Below are positions 17,050 through 24,757 of a stretch of DNA of 32,000 bases, piece after piece (the first letter of the stretch is position 1; every line of letters begins with the position of its first letter). The notes under the pieces were generated by a model that saw only the letters and a program-made list of their open reading frames with translations, made no database searches and was not told the DNA's origin. The position numbers and the translations under genes are program-made. The stretch is from Candidatus Electronema aureum (GTDB lineage: Bacteria > Desulfobacterota > Desulfobulbia > Desulfobulbales > Desulfobulbaceae): positions 17,472 through 49,471 of the forward strand of contig NQJD01000017.1 of the NCBI GenBank assembly GCA_004284765.1. Reading direction: 5' to 3'.

Positions 17050-17127
17050 AAGGGCGAACACCACGTCCGCCCCTTTTCCACAACCCGCCTTTACACCAAC
17101 TTACCCAATATCTCCGCCGAGACCTCC
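17050..17127 (-). repeat. adk 3' end plus downstream hairpin (copy A of the 78-nt repeat)
   Basis: See copy B. It comprises the last 11 sense codons and stop of adk plus 41 nt downstream, including GGGCG-N10-CGCCC. Confidence 0.7.
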
Positions 17128-17765
17128 TTAATCCCCTTGGAGCCATCAACAGAAATCACCTTGGCCTTGCCGCTCTGCTTGAAGTAGTTCACCGCCGCCA
17201 TCGTGCCGGTTTTGTCATCATAGTAGATGTCATGCCGCTTGCCGATGGCTGCCTCGTCCTGATCATCAGCGCGGGCACTCAGCTCACCGCCGCAGACCCG
17301 GCAGACTAACCTGCCGTCCTTCTCCACCGGCTTGATCGCCTCAAAGGCGATGTGGTTGGGGTGGTTGTTGTCATTGGCGCAGAGACGGCGGCCCATGATC
17401 CGCTCTTTGGCAATCTGCCGCTCCAGCGTGATCTCAATCACATAGTCGAGAGCCATGCCGGATTCAGTCAGGGCCTTGTCTAAGGCCTTGGCTTGCTCCA
17501 GCGAGCGCGGGAAGCCGTCTAACAGCCAGCCTTTTTCCTTGGATTTAGCCAAGGTCTCCAGCACCATCGGCACGGTGATCTCGTCCGGCACGAGGTCGCC
17601 CCGGTCAATGTAGGCTTTGGCCTTCTTGCCCAGCTCAGTGCCGCCCTTGATGTGCTCGCGGAAGATCGCGCCAGACTCGATGTGCGCCAAGCCGTACTTC
17701 TCTTTGACGATTGCGCCCTGAGTGCCTTTGCCGCTGCCGTTTGGTCCGAAGGTGAGGATGTTCAT
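17091..17765 (-). CDS. adk: Adenylate kinase
   Basis: P-loop GPNGSGKGTQG is present. The lid region has CxxC-less/NNHP and CRVCGGEL elements. The length is typical (224 aa). Confidence 0.9.
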   Translation of the reverse strand: MNILTFGPNGSGKGTQGAIVKEKYGLAHIESGAIFREHIKGGTELGKKAKAYIDRGDLVPDEITVPMVLETLAKSKEKGWLLDGFPRSLEQAKALDKALTESGMALDYVIEITLERQIAKERIMGRRLCANDNNHPNHIAFEAIKPVEKDGRLVCRVCGGELSARADDQDEAAIGKRHDIYYDDKTGTMAAVNYFKQSGKAKVISVDGSKGIKEVSAEILGKLV

Positions 17766-17900
17766 GCTGACCTCTCTATATAATAGAAGGAAAAAGGATG
17801 TGAAGGGAGGTGCTGCCTCCCTGATTGCGCATGGGCTGATACACCGCCAGACTATACCGCAGCCACGCTGCCAACGCCAGCGGAAATGCGGCGCATCCTT

Positions 17901-17929
17901 TTGACAAGCAGGCGCAAAGAGGGTAAAAA
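17901..17929 (+). promoter_or_regulatory. Candidate sigma-70 promoter for hom
   Basis: TTGACA (17901-17906), a 17-nt spacer, then TAAAAA (17924-17929). Confidence 0.35.
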
Positions 17930-17974
17930 CAGGGGCTGCATCCTCCCTTTCTCCCCCAACCTGATGGAACTACT

Positions 17975-19279
17975 ATGCAGACAATCAATATAGGCCTGTT
18001 CGGCTTCGGCACCGTGGGCAGCGGCCTGGCCGAAGCCCTTTGCTCCCAGCACGAGCGCATCCTGCGCCGTAGCGGTCTCTCGCTCAAGCTGACCAAGATT
18101 GCCGCCCGCTCCCTGAGCAGCCTGCCGCCGCAGCTGGCAGGGGTGGAGCTGGTCAAAGACGCGGACGCGCTGATCAACGACCCCAGCATTCATATCTTTG
18201 TCGAGCTGATCGGCGGTATAGAGCCAGCGCGGACGTGCATCCTCAAGGCGATAGCGGCGGGCAAGCACGTGGTCACGGCGAACAAGGCTCTTCTCTCGCA
18301 GCACGGCAAGGAGCTGTTCGCCGCTGCCGCAGCCAAGGGCGTGGAGGTCGGCTTTGAAGGCAGCGTGGGCGGCGGCATCCCGCTGATCAAGGCGTTGAAA
18401 GAAGGGCTGGCCGCCAACAAGCTGCTGGCGGTGATGGGCATTCTCAACGGCACGGCCAACTACATCCTCACCCGAATGACTGAGGAGCGGCTGCCCTTTG
18501 CTGAGGCTCTGCGTGAGGCGCAGCGGTTAGGCTTTGCTGAGGCTGATCCCACCTACGACGTGGAGGGCATTGACACTGCTCACAAGCTCGCCATCCTGAT
18601 GACCATTGCTTACGGCATGAACATCAGCCCGCAGCAGATTGCCACCGAAGGTATTAGCACGATAGAGCCGGTGGACATTGAGTTCGCCCGTGAGTTCGGT
18701 TGCCGGATCAAGCTGCTGGCAGTCAGCCGGGACATCGGCGGGGCGGTTGAGGCGCGGGTGCATCCGACGATGGTGCCGACCGCGCACCTCCTCGCCTCGA
18801 TCAGCGGGGCCAACAACGCGGTGGAGTTCTGCGGCGACCTGACCGGCAGCATCATCCTCAGCGGCGCAGGCGCAGGCAGGCTGCCGACTGGCTCGGCAGT
18901 GGCAGCGGATGTGATTGACATTGCCCGTAACATCGCTGCTGGAGCAGTCGGGCGGGTACCTGCGCTTTCCTATCTGCCGGAGCAGATTGTTGACCGGCCC
19001 ATCGCCCCGCTCTCGGCCCTGTCCTGTCCCTTCTATCTGCGCATTACCGCCCTCGACAAGCCCGGCGTGCTGGCCAAGATCGCGGCCATTCTCAGTGGGC
19101 ACGGCATCAGCATCGAGTCGGTCATTCAGAAGGGACGGCGCGAGAACGAGCCGGTGGCCGTGGTCATCCTCACGCACACGGCCAAGGAGGAGGCGGTAGC
19201 TGCTGCCTTGCGGGAGATTGACAGCCTAGACACCGTGGCTGCGCCGACGGTGCGGATTAGGATGCTGGGGGAGGAGTGA
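17975..19279 (+). CDS. hom: Homoserine dehydrogenase
   Basis: N-terminal Rossmann motif IGLFGFGTVGSG, a catalytic domain (GGIPLIKAL, NGTANYILT) and a C-terminal ACT domain. Confidence 0.9.
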   Translation: MQTINIGLFGFGTVGSGLAEALCSQHERILRRSGLSLKLTKIAARSLSSLPPQLAGVELVKDADALINDPSIHIFVELIGGIEPARTCILKAIAAGKHVVTANKALLSQHGKELFAAAAAKGVEVGFEGSVGGGIPLIKALKEGLAANKLLAVMGILNGTANYILTRMTEERLPFAEALREAQRLGFAEADPTYDVEGIDTAHKLAILMTIAYGMNISPQQIATEGISTIEPVDIEFAREFGCRIKLLAVSRDIGGAVEARVHPTMVPTAHLLASISGANNAVEFCGDLTGSIILSGAGAGRLPTGSAVAADVIDIARNIAAGAVGRVPALSYLPEQIVDRPIAPLSALSCPFYLRITALDKPGVLAKIAAILSGHGISIESVIQKGRRENEPVAVVILTHTAKEEAVAAALREIDSLDTVAAPTVRIRMLGEE

Positions 19280-19289
19280 GAAAGCGGAA

Positions 19290-19312
19290 GGGCGGAGCCT
19301 TGCGGCCCGCCC
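19290..19312. terminator. GC-rich hairpin between convergent hom and the Cys-rich protein gene (possible bidirectional terminator)
   Basis: GGGCGGAGCC-TTGC-GGCCCGCCC, a 9-bp stem with one bulged A. The flanking U-tracts are weak. Confidence 0.4.
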
Positions 19313-19346
19313 CCCTGTTCTTCCTCAGTCAGGCCGACGTGCCAGA

Positions 19347-19730
19347 TTACTGGCCGGGCTGCGCTGCTGCGGGCGGGCAGAAGCCTGAGGTGGTCAGATA
19401 ATCGGTCGCCATCTTCGCGCACCGGCCTCTGGAGGCAACATCAGGGCAGATGGAGCAATAGACCGTAATACAGGCTGGCAGATACATCTTTTCAATCTCG
19501 CAGTTAACACCGCGCCGCTGGGCATCATTAATGACATTCTGCATGTAGGCCTCCACGCTCTTTTTGTCATCGCAGCCGCATTGCTTTGCCGACTGCTGGT
19601 CAGCGGCTGTCTGCGTCGGTGTGACTGCGGCTACGCTGCCCGCGCTCACAAGCGCAGCTATGGTTAGCGCAGTGGCACATTGCAGGACACGGCTGCTGCT
19701 CAACGCAGCAAAAGCATTCATGTTCATCAT
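19347..19730 (-). CDS. Secreted cysteine-rich small protein (hypothetical)
   Basis: N-terminal signal-like segment MMNMNAFAAL...ALTIAALVSAGSVAA and 9 Cys in the mature part. An AAGGAGG SD is present. Confidence 0.55.
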   Translation of the reverse strand: MMNMNAFAALSSSRVLQCATALTIAALVSAGSVAAVTPTQTAADQQSAKQCGCDDKKSVEAYMQNVINDAQRRGVNCEIEKMYLPACITVYCSICPDVASRGRCAKMATDYLTTSGFCPPAAAQPGQ

Positions 19731-19794
19731 TCCCTCCTTGGTATGGATATGAGCAAGCCCTCTGTATTGGGTTTAGCACCGGCAGGGAGAATTG

Positions 19795-20970
19795 TCAAAA
19801 GATAATCATCCGCTTCAACAGCAGCAGCTTATACACCGGCATGAGGACAGGAGTAGGAGCAAGCTTCATCACGCTGGCCTTTCCGCCGTTAGTCCCGTCA
19901 CTATAGGCGACATAGGGTGTGCCGCTGCTGTCTATGGCTAGACTGGTGTAACTGGCCCAGCCTGCGGAGAATCCAGCCGCGCCCACCTGCTCCCAGTTTG
20001 TGCCGTTGAGTCGTATCACGCTGGTCTTCCAGTCATTCCCCCCGTCTGGATAGGCGACATATGGGGTATCGCTGCTGTCAAGGGCAAGGCTAATGTAAGC
20101 AGCCTCGCCTGCGGAGAATCCAGCCGTGCCGACCTGCTCCCAGTTTGTGCCGTTGAGTCGCATCACGCTGGTCTTCCAGCCATTACCCCCGTCTGTATAG
20201 GCGACATAAGGCGTGCCGCTGCTGTCAAGGGCAAGGCTGGTGTTGGAGGCCTGGCCTGCGGAAAAGCCCGCTGCTCCCACTTGCTCCCAGCTTGTGCCGT
20301 TGAACTTCATCACGCTGGCCTTCCAGCCATTACCCCCGTCTGTATAGGCGACATAAGGCGTGCCGCTGCTGTCAAGGGCAAGGCTGGTGTTGGAGGCCTG
20401 GCCTGCGGAAAAGCCCGCTGCTCCCACTTGCTCCCAGCTTGTGCCGTTGAACTTCATCACGCTGGCCTTGTAATCACTGTAGGAGATATAGGGTGTGCCG
20501 CTACTGTCTATGGCTAGGCTAGCGTAACCGGCCCAGCGAGGGGTGAAGCCCACTGCGCCCACCTGCTCCCAGCTTGTGCCGTTGAACTTCATCACGCTGG
20601 CCTTGTAGTCGTTAGGCACGTTCATGTCCAGCACGTCCATGTCTGTATAGGCGACATAAGGCGTGCCGCTGCCGTCAAGGGCAAGACTGGTGTGCGCGAT
20701 CTTGCATGCGGTGAAGCCTGCCGCGCCCACTTGCTCCCAGCTTGTCCCGTTGAACTTTATCACGCTGGCCTTTTCACCGTTAGTCCAGTCCCTATAGGCG
20801 ACATAAGGCGTGCCGCTGCTGTCTATGGCCAAGCTGGTGTAATCAGCCTCACCTACGGTGAAGCCTGCCGCACCGACGTACTGCCAGGTGTCTGCCGCCT
20901 GCGCTGTGCTGACAGCCAGCACGAACAACGTGATCAAGAAAAGTACATGCTTCAGTGGTGCGTTCATCAT
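19795..20970 (-). CDS. Secreted repeat protein with seven tandem repeats of about 45-56 aa (possible 7-bladed beta-propeller)
   Basis: The start is moved to ATGATG at 20970 (AAGGAGG SD). Signal peptide MMNAPLKHVLFLITLFVLAVSTAQA. The repeat unit is W-E-Q-V-G-A-A-G-F-S-x-G-x-A-x-x-T-S-L-A-L-D-S-S-G-T-P-Y-V-A-Y-x-D-...-K-A-S-V-M-K-F-N-G-T-S, seven times. Confidence 0.65.
   Translation of the reverse strand: MMNAPLKHVLFLITLFVLAVSTAQAADTWQYVGAAGFTVGEADYTSLAIDSSGTPYVAYRDWTNGEKASVIKFNGTSWEQVGAAGFTACKIAHTSLALDGSGTPYVAYTDMDVLDMNVPNDYKASVMKFNGTSWEQVGAVGFTPRWAGYASLAIDSSGTPYISYSDYKASVMKFNGTSWEQVGAAGFSAGQASNTSLALDSSGTPYVAYTDGGNGWKASVMKFNGTSWEQVGAAGFSAGQASNTSLALDSSGTPYVAYTDGGNGWKTSVMRLNGTNWEQVGTAGFSAGEAAYISLALDSSDTPYVAYPDGGNDWKTSVIRLNGTNWEQVGAAGFSAGWASYTSLAIDSSGTPYVAYSDGTNGGKASVMKLAPTPVLMPVYKLLLLKRMIIF
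20174..20467. repeat. Perfect 147-bp tandem duplication (2 copies) inside the repeat-protein gene
   Basis: 20174-20320 and 20321-20467 are identical base for base on hand comparison. They encode two identical 49-aa repeats. Confidence 0.9.
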
Positions 20971-21087
20971 ATCCTCCTTGGACGGATATTGAAGACTGCG
21001 GCTGCAAAGCCACAACTTTGCCACCATCCTTCTAAGAATACAAGCAGTTTCTCTGCCTGACGGCCCGCCTTTGTCGCCGCTCTTCTA

Positions 21088-21225
21088 CCGCCACTCCCGT
21101 GCCTCGCTCGGAGTCACCAGAGTGACTCAACCGCTACCACTAAGGTGACTCGACCGGAGCCACCCTCGTGACTTAGCTGCCGTCACTCTAGTGCCTCGGC
21201 TGGAGGCACCAGAGTGACGATTCCG
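21088..21225. repeat. Array of six phased 23-bp repeats, each with a CAC-N4-GTG core
   Basis: CAC occurs at 21092, 21115, 21138, 21161, 21184 and 21207, an exact 23-bp period. Each is followed 4 nt later by GTG(A/C)C. Odd and even units alternate (ccg.../gag... starts), giving a 46-bp super-period. Unit 2 is a perfect dyad, GAGTCAC-CAGA-GTGACTC. The array ends 11 bp before the -35 box at 21237. Confidence 0.85.
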
Positions 21226-21236
21226 CAAAAAAGCAG

Positions 21237-21265
21237 TTGACAGCGGCCCGGCCTGCGATTACGCT
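21237..21265 (+). promoter_or_regulatory. Candidate sigma-70 promoter for the 21326-24691 operon
   Basis: TTGACA (21237-21242), a 17-nt spacer, then TACGCT (21260-21265). The AGGAGG SD and ATG are at 21326. Confidence 0.4.
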
Positions 21266-21325
21266 GGACAGCAGGAAGGTTCACGCAGTCATGTCAGGCA
21301 GTTGAACTGAACAGGAGGTAGAAAG

Positions 21326-22423
21326 ATGGCGGCAAACAGAACAACGGCAGCAATCGAATGGCGGCCCGAAGTCAACGCGCTCACCACCCCGCAGTCGTAC
21401 CGGCTGCTTTTCCTGCCGCGCGGCACAGTTGGCGACGCGCAGCTGGCAGCGGAAATCGCTGAGGCCAATCCCAACTTCAACGAAGAGGCGGTGCGAACGA
21501 TTCTCAACTCGCGCAAGGAGAAGATTCAGCAGCACTTGCTGAATGGCGAGCAGGTGGTTGAGGAAAACGCTTTCACCACTACGCTCAGTCTCACAGGTCG
21601 ATTGGACAGCCCGGACGATCCGCTGCCGCCGCTCGACGAATGCCTGCACGTGCGCGTTTACGCTTCGCCGCCCTTTGTCGCCGCTGTGCGCCAGTCTGCC
21701 CACTTGGAACGCCTGCCGATGGAGAAGAAGCTGCCGCTGATCACGACGGCCCAAGACACGGTGCTGGACCTGAAGGATGTGCTTAATCCGGCGGGCCTGC
21801 TTCAGCTCAACGGCGAAGACATCTTCTTTGACCGCAAACAGGCAGGCGCGGGCGAATGCGTGATCGAAGGCACAGCGGGCGGACGCACGGTGCAGACCCG
21901 CTTCGGCAAGATCGAGACGGGCGAGATCATCCTCATGCCGGAACTGCCTGCGCCACCGCACCCCTGGAACAACGAGCACACCGTTTCCATCAGCACCCGC
22001 TACAGCGAACGCGGCACTCTGCGCACCGGCACGTATGCGAGAATGCTGCGCTCACCGCTGACCTTGACCAAGATGGGCCACCCGAATCCGCCGGAAGTCG
22101 GCATTCTCACGGGCAAGGAGAGCAGCCCGCATGTCAGCGTCACTGGCGGCAGCGTGAGCGCGGATGAAACACTGCGCATTCAGGCTGTCCTCGACCTGCG
22201 AGCGGACGCGCTGCTCTTCAGCTTGATTGATATGCACGAAGGCGGCAAGACAGGCGCGGCAGTGACCGTCACCGCGAATGGAACATTCACCCTGCAAGGC
22301 TTCAGCGGTTCGGTAGTGAGCAGCCTGAATATCCGCGTGAACAATTACGCCGCGCTGAAGGAGATGATTCGCAGCAGTTATGGCGGCAGGGTGGTAGATG
22401 TGTTGGAGGTAAAGGAGGCGTAG
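21326..22423 (+). CDS. DNA-binding domain-containing protein, HU-HIG-like N-terminus with a DUF4469-like Ig-fold region (tentative)
   Basis: The N-terminal 110 aa follow the HU-HIG pattern (NALTTPQSYRLLFLPRGTVGDAQLAAEIAE...AVRTILNSRKEKIQQHLLNGEQVVEENAFTTTLSLTGRLDSPDD...LHVRVYASP). The following segment (PLITTAQD...LLQLNGEDIFFD...GECVIEG...IILMPELP) resembles DUF4469. This is from memory, not searched. Confidence 0.45.
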   Translation: MAANRTTAAIEWRPEVNALTTPQSYRLLFLPRGTVGDAQLAAEIAEANPNFNEEAVRTILNSRKEKIQQHLLNGEQVVEENAFTTTLSLTGRLDSPDDPLPPLDECLHVRVYASPPFVAAVRQSAHLERLPMEKKLPLITTAQDTVLDLKDVLNPAGLLQLNGEDIFFDRKQAGAGECVIEGTAGGRTVQTRFGKIETGEIILMPELPAPPHPWNNEHTVSISTRYSERGTLRTGTYARMLRSPLTLTKMGHPNPPEVGILTGKESSPHVSVTGGSVSADETLRIQAVLDLRADALLFSLIDMHEGGKTGAAVTVTANGTFTLQGFSGSVVSSLNIRVNNYAALKEMIRSSYGGRVVDVLEVKEA

Positions 22424-23950
22424 ATGACTGACCAGCACTTCGCCGCCATCGTCAGCAAATCCGAAGAGCTGGCCAAGACACGGCCTGCCTACTACCAGCG
22501 CAAGCTGTGGCTGTTAGCCGTGCTGGGCAATCTCTATCTGGCTGCGGTGCTGCTGACGATGATTGCGCTCCAGGCAGTGCTGCTCTTTGTCATTGTGCAG
22601 GAGGTGATGGCAACCGGGCGGATAGGCTGGCAGGTCGTGTTCTGCATCGCTGCGCTGATCTTGACAATCTGGGCAGTGCTTGAGCCAGTGTTAGTGAAGA
22701 AAGATAAGCTCAAGCCGGAGCCAGGCATTCTGCTCACCCGGAAGCAGGCTCCTGAGCTGTTTGCCCTGACAGATGCGCTGTGCCGCCAGATCAATGCGCC
22801 GCGTGTCCGCCGGGTGGTGATCACGGATAAGTTCAATGCAGGCGTGGAGCAACTGCCGCGCCTGGGCATCTTTGGCTGGTATAAGAGCAACCTCGTGCTT
22901 GGCCTGCCGCTGCTGAAGTGCATGACTGTCGAGCAGTTCAAGGCTGTGCTGGCCCATGAGCTGGGGCATCTTGCCAGGGGACACGGCAAGACGAAGCACC
23001 GGATCCATCAGCAGCAGCTCCGTTGGACAGAGCTGGCTGAGATACTTAGTGCTGATCTGCGCGGCTTCCTCTTCTCGCCCTTCCTCAAATGGTTTGTGCC
23101 GTACTTTGCTGCCTGCTCGTTTCCTCTGGCCCGCATGAATGAATACGAGGCTGATGCCGCCTCTGTCCGTCTCGTGTCAAAGGGGGCCGCAGTCGAGGCA
23201 CTTTCCGCCAGCAACGTCATTGACAAGTATTTGCAGGAACACTATTGGCCGCAGGTACACCAGCTCGCTGACCAGCAGCCAGAGCCGGTCGCACCGTATC
23301 TGGCAATGGGGCGGAACCTCGCCGCCGAAGTGGATGCTGCGTGGGCCATGCACTGGGTGGCGGAGGATATGAAGATACAGACCGGGCCGACGGCCTCCCA
23401 TCCTGCCCTGCAAGATCGGCTCAAGGCATTGCAGGCGACTCCTCGGCTCGTGCTGCCCGCAGCCGGGGAAAATGCGGAAGGGCTGCTCGGCAGTGCGCTC
23501 CAGGCTGTCACCGAGCAGATGGATAGAGAGTGGCAGGACAAGAACCGCGCGTGGTGGGTGGAGCGGTATCAGCGCGGGCAGAACAACCGCCGTCAGTTTG
23601 CCGAGCTGAACGCCCGTGTTGCGAGCGGCGCAGAGCTGACCGTGGAAGAGGCGTATCAACGTGCCCAGCTCACGTGGAGTGTGGGTCGCAACGAAGAGGA
23701 AACCTTGCGGCAGCTCCTCGCGCTGTATCAGCGGGCAGCACAGCATCCACTTGCCAGTTTCGGTCTGGGTGCTTGGCTGCTGAACCGGGGTGCTGCTGAA
23801 GACGGGCAGGTGCTGCTTGAGCAAACCATGCGTCTTGATGAGGGCTTCACGGCACGCTGCTGCGAGATGCTGCGTGATTACTGCTGGCGGAATGGCAGAG
23901 AGGAGGAGGCGCATGGCTGGCATGAGAAGATAGAGGCGCATTGTGTATGA
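22424..23950 (+). CDS. Membrane M48-family zinc metalloprotease
   Basis: N-terminal TM helices, then the HExxH motif in VLAHELGHLARGH, a downstream NEYEADAASV, and a helical repeat-like C-terminus. The ATG immediately follows the upstream stop (TAGATG). Confidence 0.75.
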   Translation: MTDQHFAAIVSKSEELAKTRPAYYQRKLWLLAVLGNLYLAAVLLTMIALQAVLLFVIVQEVMATGRIGWQVVFCIAALILTIWAVLEPVLVKKDKLKPEPGILLTRKQAPELFALTDALCRQINAPRVRRVVITDKFNAGVEQLPRLGIFGWYKSNLVLGLPLLKCMTVEQFKAVLAHELGHLARGHGKTKHRIHQQQLRWTELAEILSADLRGFLFSPFLKWFVPYFAACSFPLARMNEYEADAASVRLVSKGAAVEALSASNVIDKYLQEHYWPQVHQLADQQPEPVAPYLAMGRNLAAEVDAAWAMHWVAEDMKIQTGPTASHPALQDRLKALQATPRLVLPAAGENAEGLLGSALQAVTEQMDREWQDKNRAWWVERYQRGQNNRRQFAELNARVASGAELTVEEAYQRAQLTWSVGRNEEETLRQLLALYQRAAQHPLASFGLGAWLLNRGAAEDGQVLLEQTMRLDEGFTARCCEMLRDYCWRNGREEEAHGWHEKIEAHCV

Positions 23951-23962
23951 AGGGCTGATGCC

Positions 23963-24691
23963 GTGCCACTCCTGACCGAAGATACGCTCTTCAATGGCCG
24001 GGTTACCTGCCGCCAGCACCGTGACGGCTACCGCTTCTCGGTCGATGCAGTGCTGCTGGCTCATTTCTGCCGCCCGGCAACGCAAGACAGAGTGCTGGAC
24101 ATCGGCTGCGGCTGCGGGGTGATCAGCCTGATTCTCTGCCATCGCTTTCCACAGCTGTACCTCACCGGGATAGAGCTGCAACCGGCCTTGGCCAAGCTGG
24201 CGCAGAGCAACGCTGAGGCGAACGGCTGGCAGGAACGCTTTGCAGTACAAGAAGGCGACCTGCGCCAGATCAGGGCAGTCATCCAGCCGGAGTCGTTTGA
24301 CTTAGTGATCAGCAATCCGCCGTATTACCGGCCCGGCAGCGGCAGAATCAACAAGGAAGATGAATGCGCCATCGCCCGGCACGAGCTGACTGCTGCCCCA
24401 GATGCAGTGCTGACAGCGGCGGCCTTTGCAGTCAGGAACCGTGGCGCAGTCTGCTGCATTTACCCCGCAGAACGACTGGCGACAGTGCTTGCTGTGATGA
24501 CGAGCAAACGTCTGGTTCCCAAATGCCTTCAGCCGGTTTATAGTTATCCTGAAGATGCTCAAGCGCGCTTAGTGCTGATTGAGGCCGTGAAAAACGGCGG
24601 CGAGGGCTTGCGTTTCCTGCCGCCGCTGCATATCTATCAGTGCAAGGACGGGCCGTATTCGCCGGTGCTGGAGAGGATGTACGAAGGCTGA
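23963..24691 (+). CDS. SAM-dependent N6-adenine methyltransferase, tRNA1(Val) m6A37 (YfiC/TrmN6)-like
   Basis: GYRFSVDAVLLA, SAM-binding VLDIGCGCGVISL and catalytic DLVISNPPYY are present. The start is GTG. Confidence 0.7.
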   Translation: MPLLTEDTLFNGRVTCRQHRDGYRFSVDAVLLAHFCRPATQDRVLDIGCGCGVISLILCHRFPQLYLTGIELQPALAKLAQSNAEANGWQERFAVQEGDLRQIRAVIQPESFDLVISNPPYYRPGSGRINKEDECAIARHELTAAPDAVLTAAAFAVRNRGAVCCIYPAERLATVLAVMTSKRLVPKCLQPVYSYPEDAQARLVLIEAVKNGGEGLRFLPPLHIYQCKDGPYSPVLERMYEG

Positions 24692-24757
24692 CTTCCGTCG
24701 CCTCGCCCACATGTCGCGTCCTTGTTACAGCAATGATGAGAATTAAAAAGGAGCATA

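Noticed and set aside
16351-17127. Integron-like cassette array with attC sites (a CALIN), given same-strand promoterless cassettes separated by similar repeats.
   Set aside because: The repeats lack RYYYAAC / GTTRRRY cores and the long imperfect attC palindrome, having only a 6-bp-stem hairpin. Half of each repeat is clearly adk coding sequence. No intI is present.
17808-17824. Hairpin GGGAGG-TGCTG-CCTCCC in the adk/hom divergent region, considered as a regulatory element.
   Set aside because: It is a short isolated stem with no flanking U-tract or recognisable motif, so the evidence is insufficient to call a feature.
21088-21225. Mini-CRISPR array or a coding tandem repeat.
   Set aside because: A 23-bp period leaves no room for a repeat plus spacer. 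No ORF spans it and no cas genes are present. It is reported instead as a phased protein-binding-type array.
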